IMG/VR virus record: IMGVR_UViG_3300032245_000795
Coordinates: 51,084 to 115,083 of that record
DNA: 64,000 bases
Origin: a virus
Direction: 5' to 3' (one strand)
In this document: positions 56,813 to 64,000 of the stretch, one piece after another
Position numbering within the stretch: position 1 is the first letter of the stretch
Layout of the letters: each line of letters begins with the position of its first letter
Notes under the pieces: model-generated
Databases searched by the model: none
What the model saw: only the letters and a program-made list of their open reading frames with translations
Told to the model about the DNA's origin: nothing
Made by a program: the position numbers and the translations under genes

Positions 56813-57027
56813 CCCAACTCCTTCTCAATAGCCTGAATAGTTGGGCAGGGATAAGAAATGTAACTCTCTAACCTGCTACCGCATTTTTTACAAGCAAATC
56901 TTTTGTTGCAATAAGCACAATTACTATTTCCATCAGGCTTATGTAATTCCACTATTGCACGAAGTGCATCACCAACTGGACAGCCTTTTTCTATATGTAA
57001 GCGCTCCAACAATTCATCGTGTGTCAT
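56809..57027 (-). CDS. Small Cys-rich protein
   Basis: ALRAIVELHKP...C..C...YPCPTIQAI. Confidence 0.55.
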   Translation of the reverse strand: MTHDELLERLHIEKGCPVGDALRAIVELHKPDGNSNCAYCNKRFACKKCGSRLESYISYPCPTIQAIEKELG

Positions 57028-57218
57028 GCTCGTGCCGTTTTCTCAAGGTAGTGAATCACATCACAATCTATATCACAAAGATCAAGGGAGATGATATCTG
57101 CCACAATATCTGATCTAATTGAATTCATTATTGCTCTGCTCATTTGCTCTTCAATATCTAATTCAAGGTTAACATACTTAACCCAGGGTTTGCGTAATGT
57201 ATATGGTCCTATTTTCAT
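57024..57218 (-). CDS. Hypothetical protein
   Basis: ATGA-coupled ORF. Confidence 0.5.
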   Translation of the reverse strand: MKIGPYTLRKPWVKYVNLELDIEEQMSRAIMNSIRSDIVADIISLDLCDIDCDVIHYLEKTARA

Positions 57219-57430
57219 GTATTCATTATAGCACTAAGACCCTTAGTTACGCAAGTCTCAATGCTATCTCCATACCTATGATTAAACATTTGACCAGTCT
57301 CCCAAGGGAAACCTTCTTCTGTAATTAAATAAGTATTGATAGAGTCAGGGTTTGTATCACCTGAGACTCTTCCAATGGTGTAGGTTTTGATTAAATTTTT
57401 ATTAACATAAATTGGAACATGAATGGGCAT
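57215..57430 (-). CDS. Hypothetical protein
   Basis: Coupled ORF; HRYGD. Confidence 0.5.
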   Translation of the reverse strand: MPIHVPIYVNKNLIKTYTIGRVSGDTNPDSINTYLITEEGFPWETGQMFNHRYGDSIETCVTKGLSAIMNT

Positions 57431-57639
57431 CAGTATCCTCCAAGGCATTCATTGCGGGTATGAAACAATCTAATCTTTGTCAATATTTTGCGGGAAGGAC
57501 CAGAAAGGTCTTCCTTACAGGTAGAACAGTTATAAGACCATTCACCAGTAAACCAGTCATGAACATATCCTTTAGCGTTGGCATATTTCTTGGTTACAAA
57601 GGTTTGAAAAGGATCTGGGATATCGTAATGCTTAAGCAT
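57430..57639 (-). CDS. Small zinc-binding protein
   Basis: CSTC...H...C. Confidence 0.5.
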   Translation of the reverse strand: MLKHYDIPDPFQTFVTKKYANAKGYVHDWFTGEWSYNCSTCKEDLSGPSRKILTKIRLFHTRNECLGGY

Positions 57640-57862
57640 CTTTTTTCCAATGCAAGTATGATCTAATGTAAACAGCACCATAGGCTACTGCTGCAAAAAT
57701 AAATCCGTATTGATTTGTGACTAATGCATAGGCTATCCATAGGCACTCATTAAATAATAGGACGAACCATCCCCATAGGGTTTTTCTTCCAACAAAGTAA
57801 ATACCAGATACCCCAATACAAGCAAGTACCCAGTGTGCATAATCAGCAATCCATTGAATCAT
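57632..57862 (-). CDS. Three-TM protein, PnuC-like half-transporter
   Basis: GRK..WGW.....NE.LW..Y; TTGACT-17-TATACT-N6-ATG promoter. Confidence 0.55.
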   Translation of the reverse strand: MIQWIADYAHWVLACIGVSGIYFVGRKTLWGWFVLLFNECLWIAYALVTNQYGFIFAAVAYGAVYIRSYLHWKKDA

Positions 57863-57889
57863 ATATTCAGTATACCTTAAAGTAAGGGT

Positions 57890-58129
57890 TTAGTCAACTA
57901 CTGGCTTTTGTTTCCACTTGGTCTTTACCCAAGTGCCTATCTTATTAATGTTAACTTTTTCTCTTAGCACTTCTGCAAAGTCTGTGCTTATCTCAGATCC
58001 AAGATACTCTTCACCAGTCTCTAAGTCAGTCAATTTCCATTTTCCAGGGGCTTTAGTATGAATAATTAAATCAACTGGCTTATTAAAAGAGTCAACCTCT
58101 GATCCATCTTTAAGTATTCTTTTATCCAT
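57890..58129 (-). CDS. Hypothetical protein
   Basis: TKAPGKWKLTDLETGEEY. Confidence 0.55.
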   Translation of the reverse strand: MDKRILKDGSEVDSFNKPVDLIIHTKAPGKWKLTDLETGEEYLGSEISTDFAEVLREKVNINKIGTWVKTKWKQKPVVD

Positions 58130-58332
58130 TTACGATACAAGACCCATAGATAGATGAACTAAGCACACATCTGCAACAATATAATCAGCGTGATCTACCA
58201 CGATATCGTAATGTGTTGCATCTTCTTTGCAGAAAAAGCACTTAGATTTATTCATATAGTTATTATATCATGCATTGAGGTCCTGTAAATCATGATACAA
58301 TTGATAGTATTGTTTAGAAAGGCAGTAAAACT

Positions 58333-58668
58333 ATGGAACTTACATATAGATGTATGAAGTGTGGCAACAATATCACCCCAGATATGTATGAGGGACAGCC
58401 TAAGTGCAATCTGTGCAACGTTAATACAATCCTTGTATTAATAACAGAAGAAAATAAAAATAGTATTCCACACCCAACAGATCCTGCTGGCAAAAAGAAA
58501 ATAGATTTTAATGATCCAAGTGCTACCTGTCAATGCGCTCCAGGACTATGCCCATGTGGTAAGTTTGTTGCACACTTAGCATCCGAAGCATGGGACCCAG
58601 AGAATCCACATTTATTCGGTGGAGAAGCAATGGAATGGCATAAAAAGAAAGCGCAAGAAAAAGAATGA
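58333..58668 (+). CDS. Cys-rich protein
   Basis: CMKC, CNLC, CQC...CPC; promoter TGATACAAT and RBS upstream. Confidence 0.6.
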   Translation: MELTYRCMKCGNNITPDMYEGQPKCNLCNVNTILVLITEENKNSIPHPTDPAGKKKIDFNDPSATCQCAPGLCPCGKFVAHLASEAWDPENPHLFGGEAMEWHKKKAQEKE

Positions 58669-59477
58669 TAAACATAGTTCCCGTAGAATTTCCTGGTATT
58701 GAAAGAGTATTAGAAAATGCACAACACTATAAAGATAAACTAATATCTGATTCTGTAATATGTTTTAGAAACGCCAACCTAACACAGGATGAACAGTTTG
58801 ATCTTGCTAAGGGGCTGGGCAAAGTAATAGGATGGTCGTTACTTGATGACAAGAGCGAATACATAGAAAACCATGTTCGTAAATCAGAACTTAAATCTGG
58901 TCCAGATGACATTATTGTAGAGTGGCATGTTGAGCATACATACTACACAAACCCAATTGTTGCTTCAACTTGGAACATGTATAACTTTAAGACAGATAAC
59001 AATAATGGAAAGACATATTTTGTAGATACGACTGTTGTTTTTGAAATGCTTACAAAGGAAGAACAGGATTTTCTTCTTAACAGTATAATAATTGAGCCAG
59101 ATGTTATAAGAGAGTCTCAGTTGCGTAGTGGCTTTGTTAGTGAGAATACCAAACTTGCAGATCAGTATCCTATTATTGCTAAGCATTGGCTAACAGATAA
59201 GCCAGTTATAAGGTTTACAATACTTCCAGAGCCACTTATGGTTAAGTTAGTATCATATAACGGTGATTCTCCAAACAGCGATGCTGTTGCGTATTTTGAG
59301 GTATTGATTCGAAAAATAGAAGACATAATCTGGAACAACGAGGATATTAGAATGGTTCATAAATGGGAGCAAGGTGACCTAATTGTTCCAGATATGTTCA
59401 AACTCGCCCACGCTGTAACTGGTGGATTTAGCCACGAGGATCGAGAGTTCCGTGGTATATGGGGATATAAGGAATAA
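58665..59477 (+). CDS. TauD/TfdA-family dioxygenase
   Basis: FRN..LT, WHVE, GKTYFVD, HKWEQGDL...D....HA...R. Confidence 0.85.
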   Translation: MINIVPVEFPGIERVLENAQHYKDKLISDSVICFRNANLTQDEQFDLAKGLGKVIGWSLLDDKSEYIENHVRKSELKSGPDDIIVEWHVEHTYYTNPIVASTWNMYNFKTDNNNGKTYFVDTTVVFEMLTKEEQDFLLNSIIIEPDVIRESQLRSGFVSENTKLADQYPIIAKHWLTDKPVIRFTILPEPLMVKLVSYNGDSPNSDAVAYFEVLIRKIEDIIWNNEDIRMVHKWEQGDLIVPDMFKLAHAVTGGFSHEDREFRGIWGYKE

Positions 59478-59544
59478 TCTTTAAAGTTAGGCGCAAAATA
59501 CAAGTAATAAACCATCCCATGCCCTAAAGGGGCAATAGCGGTTA

Positions 59545-59991
59545 CTATCCTTGTGTTGCGTATTTCCTTAAATTACATAGTCCGTGTGTTGGTCTAACAT
59601 TATCTAATGTATCTACACCATCTTTGGCCAATGGGATTAAATGATCTATATGCAAACCATTCTCCCAGCCTTCTATGCCACATTTTCGGGGAGCCATGAA
59701 ATCAATTCCTAAACCACATAAGTAACAATCTCCCCCATATAAGGCAATAACCTGGAGTTCATTATAAGGCATCGTAATCTTTGCTCTGCGTGATCTATTT
59801 TTAGATCTTTCCCTTGCTCTTACCTTATCAAGGTTTAAAGATCTATATTTGGCTGTCACATGAGCACGATTATTTTTCTGATATCGTAATCTATTATAGA
59901 TACGGGCTGCAGACAAACACTCAACACAGGGTTTAGTCTTTTGGTTATGGTGTTTGCGATAACCAGCATATGTTCCACAGTTAGAGTACAT
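59545..59991 (-). CDS. HNH endonuclease
   Basis: CYLCG...HIDHLIP...NVRPTH..CN; N-terminal CGT.AGY..H...C..C. Confidence 0.85.
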   Translation of the reverse strand: MYSNCGTYAGYRKHHNQKTKPCVECLSAARIYNRLRYQKNNRAHVTAKYRSLNLDKVRARERSKNRSRRAKITMPYNELQVIALYGGDCYLCGLGIDFMAPRKCGIEGWENGLHIDHLIPLAKDGVDTLDNVRPTHGLCNLRKYATQG

Positions 59992-60039
59992 AACTTTATT
60001 ATCTCAGATTTGACTGGGGATGTCAAGTATAATGGATGC

Positions 60040-60360
60040 ATGAACGAAGCAGTCTTATACATACTCTATAGCCCAAGGTATAAGGCTATCAAGATAGGTA
60101 TATCAGATGTCTCAGGTAGAAGGTTTGCAAGCCATAGGACCAAGGGTTGGGTATTGATCAAGTATTGGCATTTTTTCGAACGGGATAAGGCAAGAAAGAT
60201 CGAATCAATAGTACTAAAAACACTAAGGGAAAGATATGGTTACTTTCTGGATAAGGCGGATATGCCTCAAAATGGATACACAGAGACCTTTGATGCTTCA
60301 AAGATAACCCGTAGGGCCTTGGTTCGTATGGTCAATAAGGCTATAAAGGAACTATCGTAA
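60040..60360 (+). CDS. GIY-YIG (T5orf172-like) protein
   Basis: LYIL...IKIGIS....R...H...E...GYTETF. Confidence 0.7.
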   Translation: MNEAVLYILYSPRYKAIKIGISDVSGRRFASHRTKGWVLIKYWHFFERDKARKIESIVLKTLRERYGYFLDKADMPQNGYTETFDASKITRRALVRMVNKAIKELS

Positions 60361-60363
60361 TCT

Positions 60364-60888
60364 TTATATACCCTGGTTTTTTATAGAGTTTAGCGCCATA
60401 AGAAGAATACCCATACGAGGGCCTTGACCCCATACCTCATGAGTTATCTCCTTGGATACAAATAAAAGATCTCCTGGCTTTAAAGTTATAGTTTCCTTAC
60501 CATCTAATTTCCAATATGAGTTTCCTAAGATTTGAAGATATGCTGAGTCTCTGATATCTTTATGTGCACTCATAGTTTCGCTGTCTAATGATATTACTGG
60601 GCCATCTATATGCCAGATACCCCTACAATTGCATCTACCATTTTCCCAGTCATCGTAAAACTTACATTTTTCAAGATAGGCTGAATCAAAGTCTTTGTTT
60701 ATCTTTTCAAAGAACTCTTTTAGATCTGGAAGATCGTCAAATAGTCTACGGTTTTTAATCTTAAACCATAGTACATTAGGTCTTGACTGAGATCCCTTGG
60801 CATTTTTGTATAGAAGGTTTGTTACATCGTCCCAGTTGGTATTTACCTTGAAATAGTTTTCTATGAGTTTATAGTTATCTATGGCCAC
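60364..60888 (-). CDS. Cupin/JmjC-like protein
   Basis: HKD...LKPGDLLFV....HEV. Confidence 0.7.
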   Translation of the reverse strand: MAIDNYKLIENYFKVNTNWDDVTNLLYKNAKGSQSRPNVLWFKIKNRRLFDDLPDLKEFFEKINKDFDSAYLEKCKFYDDWENGRCNCRGIWHIDGPVISLDSETMSAHKDIRDSAYLQILGNSYWKLDGKETITLKPGDLLFVSKEITHEVWGQGPRMGILLMALNSIKNQGI

Positions 60889-60907
60889 AGTTTATTATAC
60901 CTCAGAG

Positions 60908-61096
60908 TTATTCACATGCTATACAGTAGTATGGAGCACGAAGGTTACTCTTATTGGTGTAGATGATCTGAGCACACGATGCACATCTGATATGTACCAT
61001 GTTTGGATCTACAGTAGGCATTGAGAGTTTAAAGGTTTTTGTGTAATAGTATTTAGTTGCATACCAGGTTAGTGTGATTAGGATTAGTGTTAGCAT
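60908..61096 (-). CDS. Small TM plus zinc-finger protein
   Basis: CASC...CIAC; leaderless TAGAAT-N6-ATG. Confidence 0.55.
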   Translation of the reverse strand: MLTLILITLTWYATKYYYTKTFKLSMPTVDPNMVHIRCASCAQIIYTNKSNLRAPYYCIACE

Positions 61097-61126
61097 TAGA
61101 CTATTCTATCACACCAAGATGAACAG

Positions 61127-61299
61127 TTATCCACAGGTTTAGCAGTTATGACTACAGCCACATATTGTACAAACACTGTCTTGGATAGTACAATCATCAC
61201 ACCAATCAGGAGGAGTTTGTTTATATCCTGGGATCTTTTCTTCCTTTTGATCTGTCATATTATAAGTATATCAGAGAGTTATCCACAGGTTTATCCACA
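61127..61299 (+). promoter_or_regulatory. DnaA boxes TTATCCACA x3 (61127, 61279, 61291)
   Basis: Exact consensus matches; variant TTATTCACA at 60908. Confidence 0.7.
61139..61258 (-). CDS. 39-aa Cys-rich peptide (not in ORF track)
   Basis: MTDQKEEKIPGYKQTPPDWCDDCTIQDSVCTICGCSHNC; TATACT-N6-ATG. Confidence 0.55.
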   Translation of the reverse strand: MTDQKEEKIPGYKQTPPDWCDDCTIQDSVCTICGCSHNC

Positions 61300-61543
61300 G
61301 ATAAATGTTACTGATTGTTTAATTAGATAGGGTACAAGTGGAGTGAAGTGGAGGATAGTGGAGTAGGGAGCGCTTTTAAGAAAGGCGTTCGTAAAGCGGC
61401 CTTTCCAAACCCCCTATTCACAAACCTTCAAACCTTATATCACATATGCCCCATATTGTCAAACCATTATATAAGGTTTGGGCATTATACATGCAAAACC
61501 ATGGTTTGTCAAGTATCTTTTATGCATGATTTGCCCTAAAAAG

Positions 61544-62016
61544 TTCAGCGATTTTTTTCAAAAGGATCTTAATGTCTACAAAAAATTTAAAAAAAGTTTA
61601 TAAAGGTTTGATAATTCAGGGAAAAATAATCAAAAGATCGTAATACCTTATATAAGGTTTGTTATTAGAATAGAGTTAGTTGTGTGTACTTTGAATCCCC
61701 GCCTGCAGCGTCCTTAACAGGATTATGATTCATTTCTGGGGCGGGAGCGCTAGGAAAGAAAGCCTTAAGAGTTATAACACTATACAACATACCACATAGA
61801 GCACCTACTGCTTTATCAAACCCTATAGAATCATGAGGGGTATCATGTCTATGTGAATTAGTTCTATACATTGCTGCAAAATGATCTCTAGGCATGCTTT
61901 AATTATACACCTGATATAAAGGTTTGACAAATAAGGTTTGATATGGTATAAGTTCTGGGAAAAATTTTCAAACCATCGTAATCTATTTCTGGGAAATTTT
62001 TAAATAGGTTCGTAAT
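61544..62016 (+). repeat. Four 30-bp bipartite direct repeats TTCWGSGA-(AT-rich)-WTCKTAAT
   Basis: Copies at 61544, 61615, 61953 and 61987, all exactly 30 nt. Confidence 0.8.
61665..61895 (-). CDS. Hypothetical protein within repeat region
   Basis: TATAAT-N6-ATG leaderless start. Confidence 0.45.
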   Translation of the reverse strand: MPRDHFAAMYRTNSHRHDTPHDSIGFDKAVGALCGMLYSVITLKAFFPSAPAPEMNHNPVKDAAGGDSKYTQLTLF

Positions 62017-62074
62017 ACCCTTATACAATGGTTTGACAAGGTTTGATATGTATGGTATTTTCTAGATTACCTAG

Positions 62075-62101
62075 GGCGCACCCCGAAGGGTGCAGCCTTT
62101 T
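62075..62101. terminator. GC hairpin (UUCG loop on minus strand, T-run on plus strand)
   Basis: GCACCC-CGAA-GGGTGC followed by AGCCTTTT. Confidence 0.6.
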
Positions 62102-62396
62102 ACTGTGAGTCTCTTTCGTTTTTCTTTTGCTCTACGATTGCGAGCAGATCGTCAAGATTATCAACATCAAGAACATCGTCCTCTGTTACTTCCATAGCAT
62201 CAAGGAACATGGCAAAAGTTTCATTGACATACTCCTCTGCCATTGGTAGCGGTGTTACAACTCCAGTTGCAATAAACCAAGCAAGCGGCAAGCCAACATC
62301 GTTGTATGAGATGAAAGGCTTTAACTCCTCATCATCTCTGAACTCATACCAAAACTGTCCTAAAATACCACATCTATCTGCAAATTCTATTTCCAT
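62100..62396 (-). CDS. Acidic hypothetical protein
   Basis: YNDVGLPLAW. Confidence 0.6.
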   Translation of the reverse strand: MEIEFADRCGILGQFWYEFRDDEELKPFISYNDVGLPLAWFIATGVVTPLPMAEEYVNETFAMFLDAMEVTEDDVLDVDNLDDLLAIVEQKKNERDSQ

Positions 62397-62629
62397 AGTT
62401 CTGTGTAATCCTCTCCTAAGTATCCTGACATAAGTTTATCATACTCTTCCCCCGCAGTCAAAGCAACTACTTCAAGTCTGCGAGATACAATGACAGGGTG
62501 GTTATGTACTAAATGAAAGCCAAGTGCTTCCAAGTTAAGTCCCATGTCCTCAGTTAGCAACTTTGCTAAACGATTTGAGAACTGTATTTCTTTTGTGCTT
62601 TCGGGTTTCTTGCGAACGCTGTAAGCCAT
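62387..62629 (-). CDS. Hypothetical protein
   Basis: GAGGAG RBS and TATAAT upstream. Confidence 0.6.
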   Translation of the reverse strand: MAYSVRKKPESTKEIQFSNRLAKLLTEDMGLNLEALGFHLVHNHPVIVSRRLEVVALTAGEEYDKLMSGYLGEDYTELWK

Positions 62630-62750
62630 GTTTCTCCTCTTTATCTATTATACAGGAAGGGGAAGGGGGGCGCAACCCCCACAGGCTACGCCGTCCCTAT
62701 CCTTATTTAGTTAATCACCAGGTGACCCATACCTGTTGATCGATGCTGCG

Positions 62751-63113
62751 CTAAGCGCTAACGGTTTTTGGTATATAGGCATTAATAAATAACTGCCAGT
62801 CAACCTGTAGGTCCTTGCCTGCCTCATAGACAGTCTCTTTAGCGATATCGATGACGATAGTGGTCTCGCCTAATTCAAAATTGGTACCCTTGATAGCATA
62901 AATACCAAACCCTGTTTCATCAAGAATAGAGTCTTGCATAAAATAACTAATCATCATGCGGGTAAAGTATGCATAGTCTTTCCAGCGTGGCTTAGAGTGC
63001 TGCAGGGCCATTGCTAAGTCCCGCTGCCATTCAGTCTCACCCCAATGGCTATATAGGACTACGTGTGCTTCATCCTCAACGTCTTTAAAAATAAAATTAA
63101 TACGTGCTCCCAT
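62751..63113 (-). CDS. Hypothetical phage protein
   Basis: MGARINF...LYSHWG; GAGG RBS. Confidence 0.6.
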   Translation of the reverse strand: MGARINFIFKDVEDEAHVVLYSHWGETEWQRDLAMALQHSKPRWKDYAYFTRMMISYFMQDSILDETGFGIYAIKGTNFELGETTIVIDIAKETVYEAGKDLQVDWQLFINAYIPKTVSA

Positions 63114-63114
63114 T

Positions 63115-63444
63115 TTATTCCTCATCCTCTCCAAGAAAATCAATGACAACTCGTGCAATACGGCCATCCTCTGTTATTTCTGCATACACAGGGTAGAGTC
63201 CATCTCCGTATCCCGTTGAAAATGCTACTGCCATGTTTCCCAATTGTCCAAAGCCCTTGCCAAGGGTAGCATTACAAGCGCCAAGGTACCCGTACTCTCC
63301 AACCTTGTTAACATGGTCCTCAAAGTTATCTACCTCTGAGTTCCAAGGCTTCCATTCATCTAAATAGCAAGGGTCGCCAACAATTGCTTGTCCGCTATCT
63401 ACTGCAAACTGTCCAATTAGTGTTAGGTTATTTGTTTTTGTCAT
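63115..63444 (-). CDS. DUF4241-like protein
   Basis: VDSGQ...DPCY...STGYGDG.YPV. Confidence 0.65.
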   Translation of the reverse strand: MTKTNNLTLIGQFAVDSGQAIVGDPCYLDEWKPWNSEVDNFEDHVNKVGEYGYLGACNATLGKGFGQLGNMAVAFSTGYGDGLYPVYAEITEDGRIARVVIDFLGEDEE

Positions 63445-63809
63445 TCTTGTATTCCTTCGCATTTGTGGGTTTCTTCTTCTTCAATTGTATCACCGCAGAA
63501 ATCGCAAGTCAAGTCAGGCTCTGCAACCATGATTTGAATAATAGTATTATCAGGCACGGGATTCTCACTAATAAAATAACCAATCCTATTAACAAAGCCC
63601 CAGCCAGACCAAATGTAAAGACCACCATCGTCTCCATCTCCATACATCCAGATACGGTTATGTGGCTTAGTCTTAACATACTCTACTTCATCGCCATATG
63701 TCTCAAACATTAAACCATCAAATGAGGCATTTTCGTCATAGTTATTAACCATGAACTTAAACTGCTCATCGGCTTCCTCAAAGGTCATCTCAATAAAGTT
63801 ATCAGGCAT
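63441..63809 (-). CDS. Hypothetical protein with C-terminal Zn finger
   Basis: FETYG.E...IW...G..FVNRIGY; CDFC...HKC. Confidence 0.55.
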   Translation of the reverse strand: MPDNFIEMTFEEADEQFKFMVNNYDENASFDGLMFETYGDEVEYVKTKPHNRIWMYGDGDDGGLYIWSGWGFVNRIGYFISENPVPDNTIIQIMVAEPDLTCDFCGDTIEEEETHKCEGIQE

Positions 63810-64000
63810 TGTATTTCTCCTCAATATTTTTACGGTCTATAGATAAGTTATAGGTCAAAACATAAATCATTGTTATGGCTGTCATATATCCCTCTAAGAA
63901 TCTATCGGGATTATCTTTCATTGCTTCTTCAACTTCAAGCATTTCTACTTTAAGATGACTATGTATTAAATCTATTAGCGGTATAGAGATATCTTCTAAG

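Larger units (their letters stand above)
61406..62045. repeat. About 13 dispersed (AA)GGTTTG/CAAACC(TT) boxes
   Basis: 61406, 61421, 61429, 61460, 61473, 61503, 61603, 61654, 61817, 61919, 61933, 61969, 62030, 62038. Confidence 0.8.

Noticed and set aside
61544-62016. 30-bp repeats as a mini CRISPR array
   Set aside because: Repeats are degenerate in the middle and spacing is irregular (41, 308 and 4 nt).
1-64000. Prophage or bacterial chromosome; DGR or retron
   Set aside because: No integrase, att site, host housekeeping operon or reverse transcriptase in the window; gene content is phage-like throughout.

Overview
A 64-kb, AT-rich segment of a large tailed dsDNA (siphovirus-like) phage genome. 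The host is probably a low-GC actinobacterium, inferred from WhiB, a DnaE-type replisome and many leaderless TANNNT-N6-ATG promoters. Layout: 1-16.9 kb tail module (5'-truncated giant tape measure protein, then tail-tip genes); 16.9-29 kb replication/recombination (DnaB, DnaG, SSB, DnaE, RecA, Cas4-like and RuvC-like nucleases); 29-31.3 kb terminase; 31.3-51 kb plus-strand accessory genes (secreted Ig/PA14 proteins, proteases, CHAP lysin, a sulfotransferase/CysC/halogenase cluster, SsuD-like monooxygenases, Hsp20, Dps); 51-64 kb mostly minus-strand small genes, tRNAs, peroxidases and oxygenases. Five tRNAs are present, including a rare Ile(UAU). Most notable unexplained structure: (1) three covarying copies of an H-type pseudoknot, two capping promoter-driven ORF-less structured RNAs, plus a third structured RNA upstream of an HNH gene; (2) a ~1-kb origin-like region with three perfect DnaA boxes, four 30-bp bipartite repeats and about 13 GGTTTG boxes; (3) a repeat-bounded, in-frame 772-codon cassette in the tape measure protein with an ADP-ribosyltransferase-like motif set; (4) an RBS-sequestering hairpin straddling a promoter and an apparent ATA start codon. 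All calls are by-eye motif recognition; no database searches were run.
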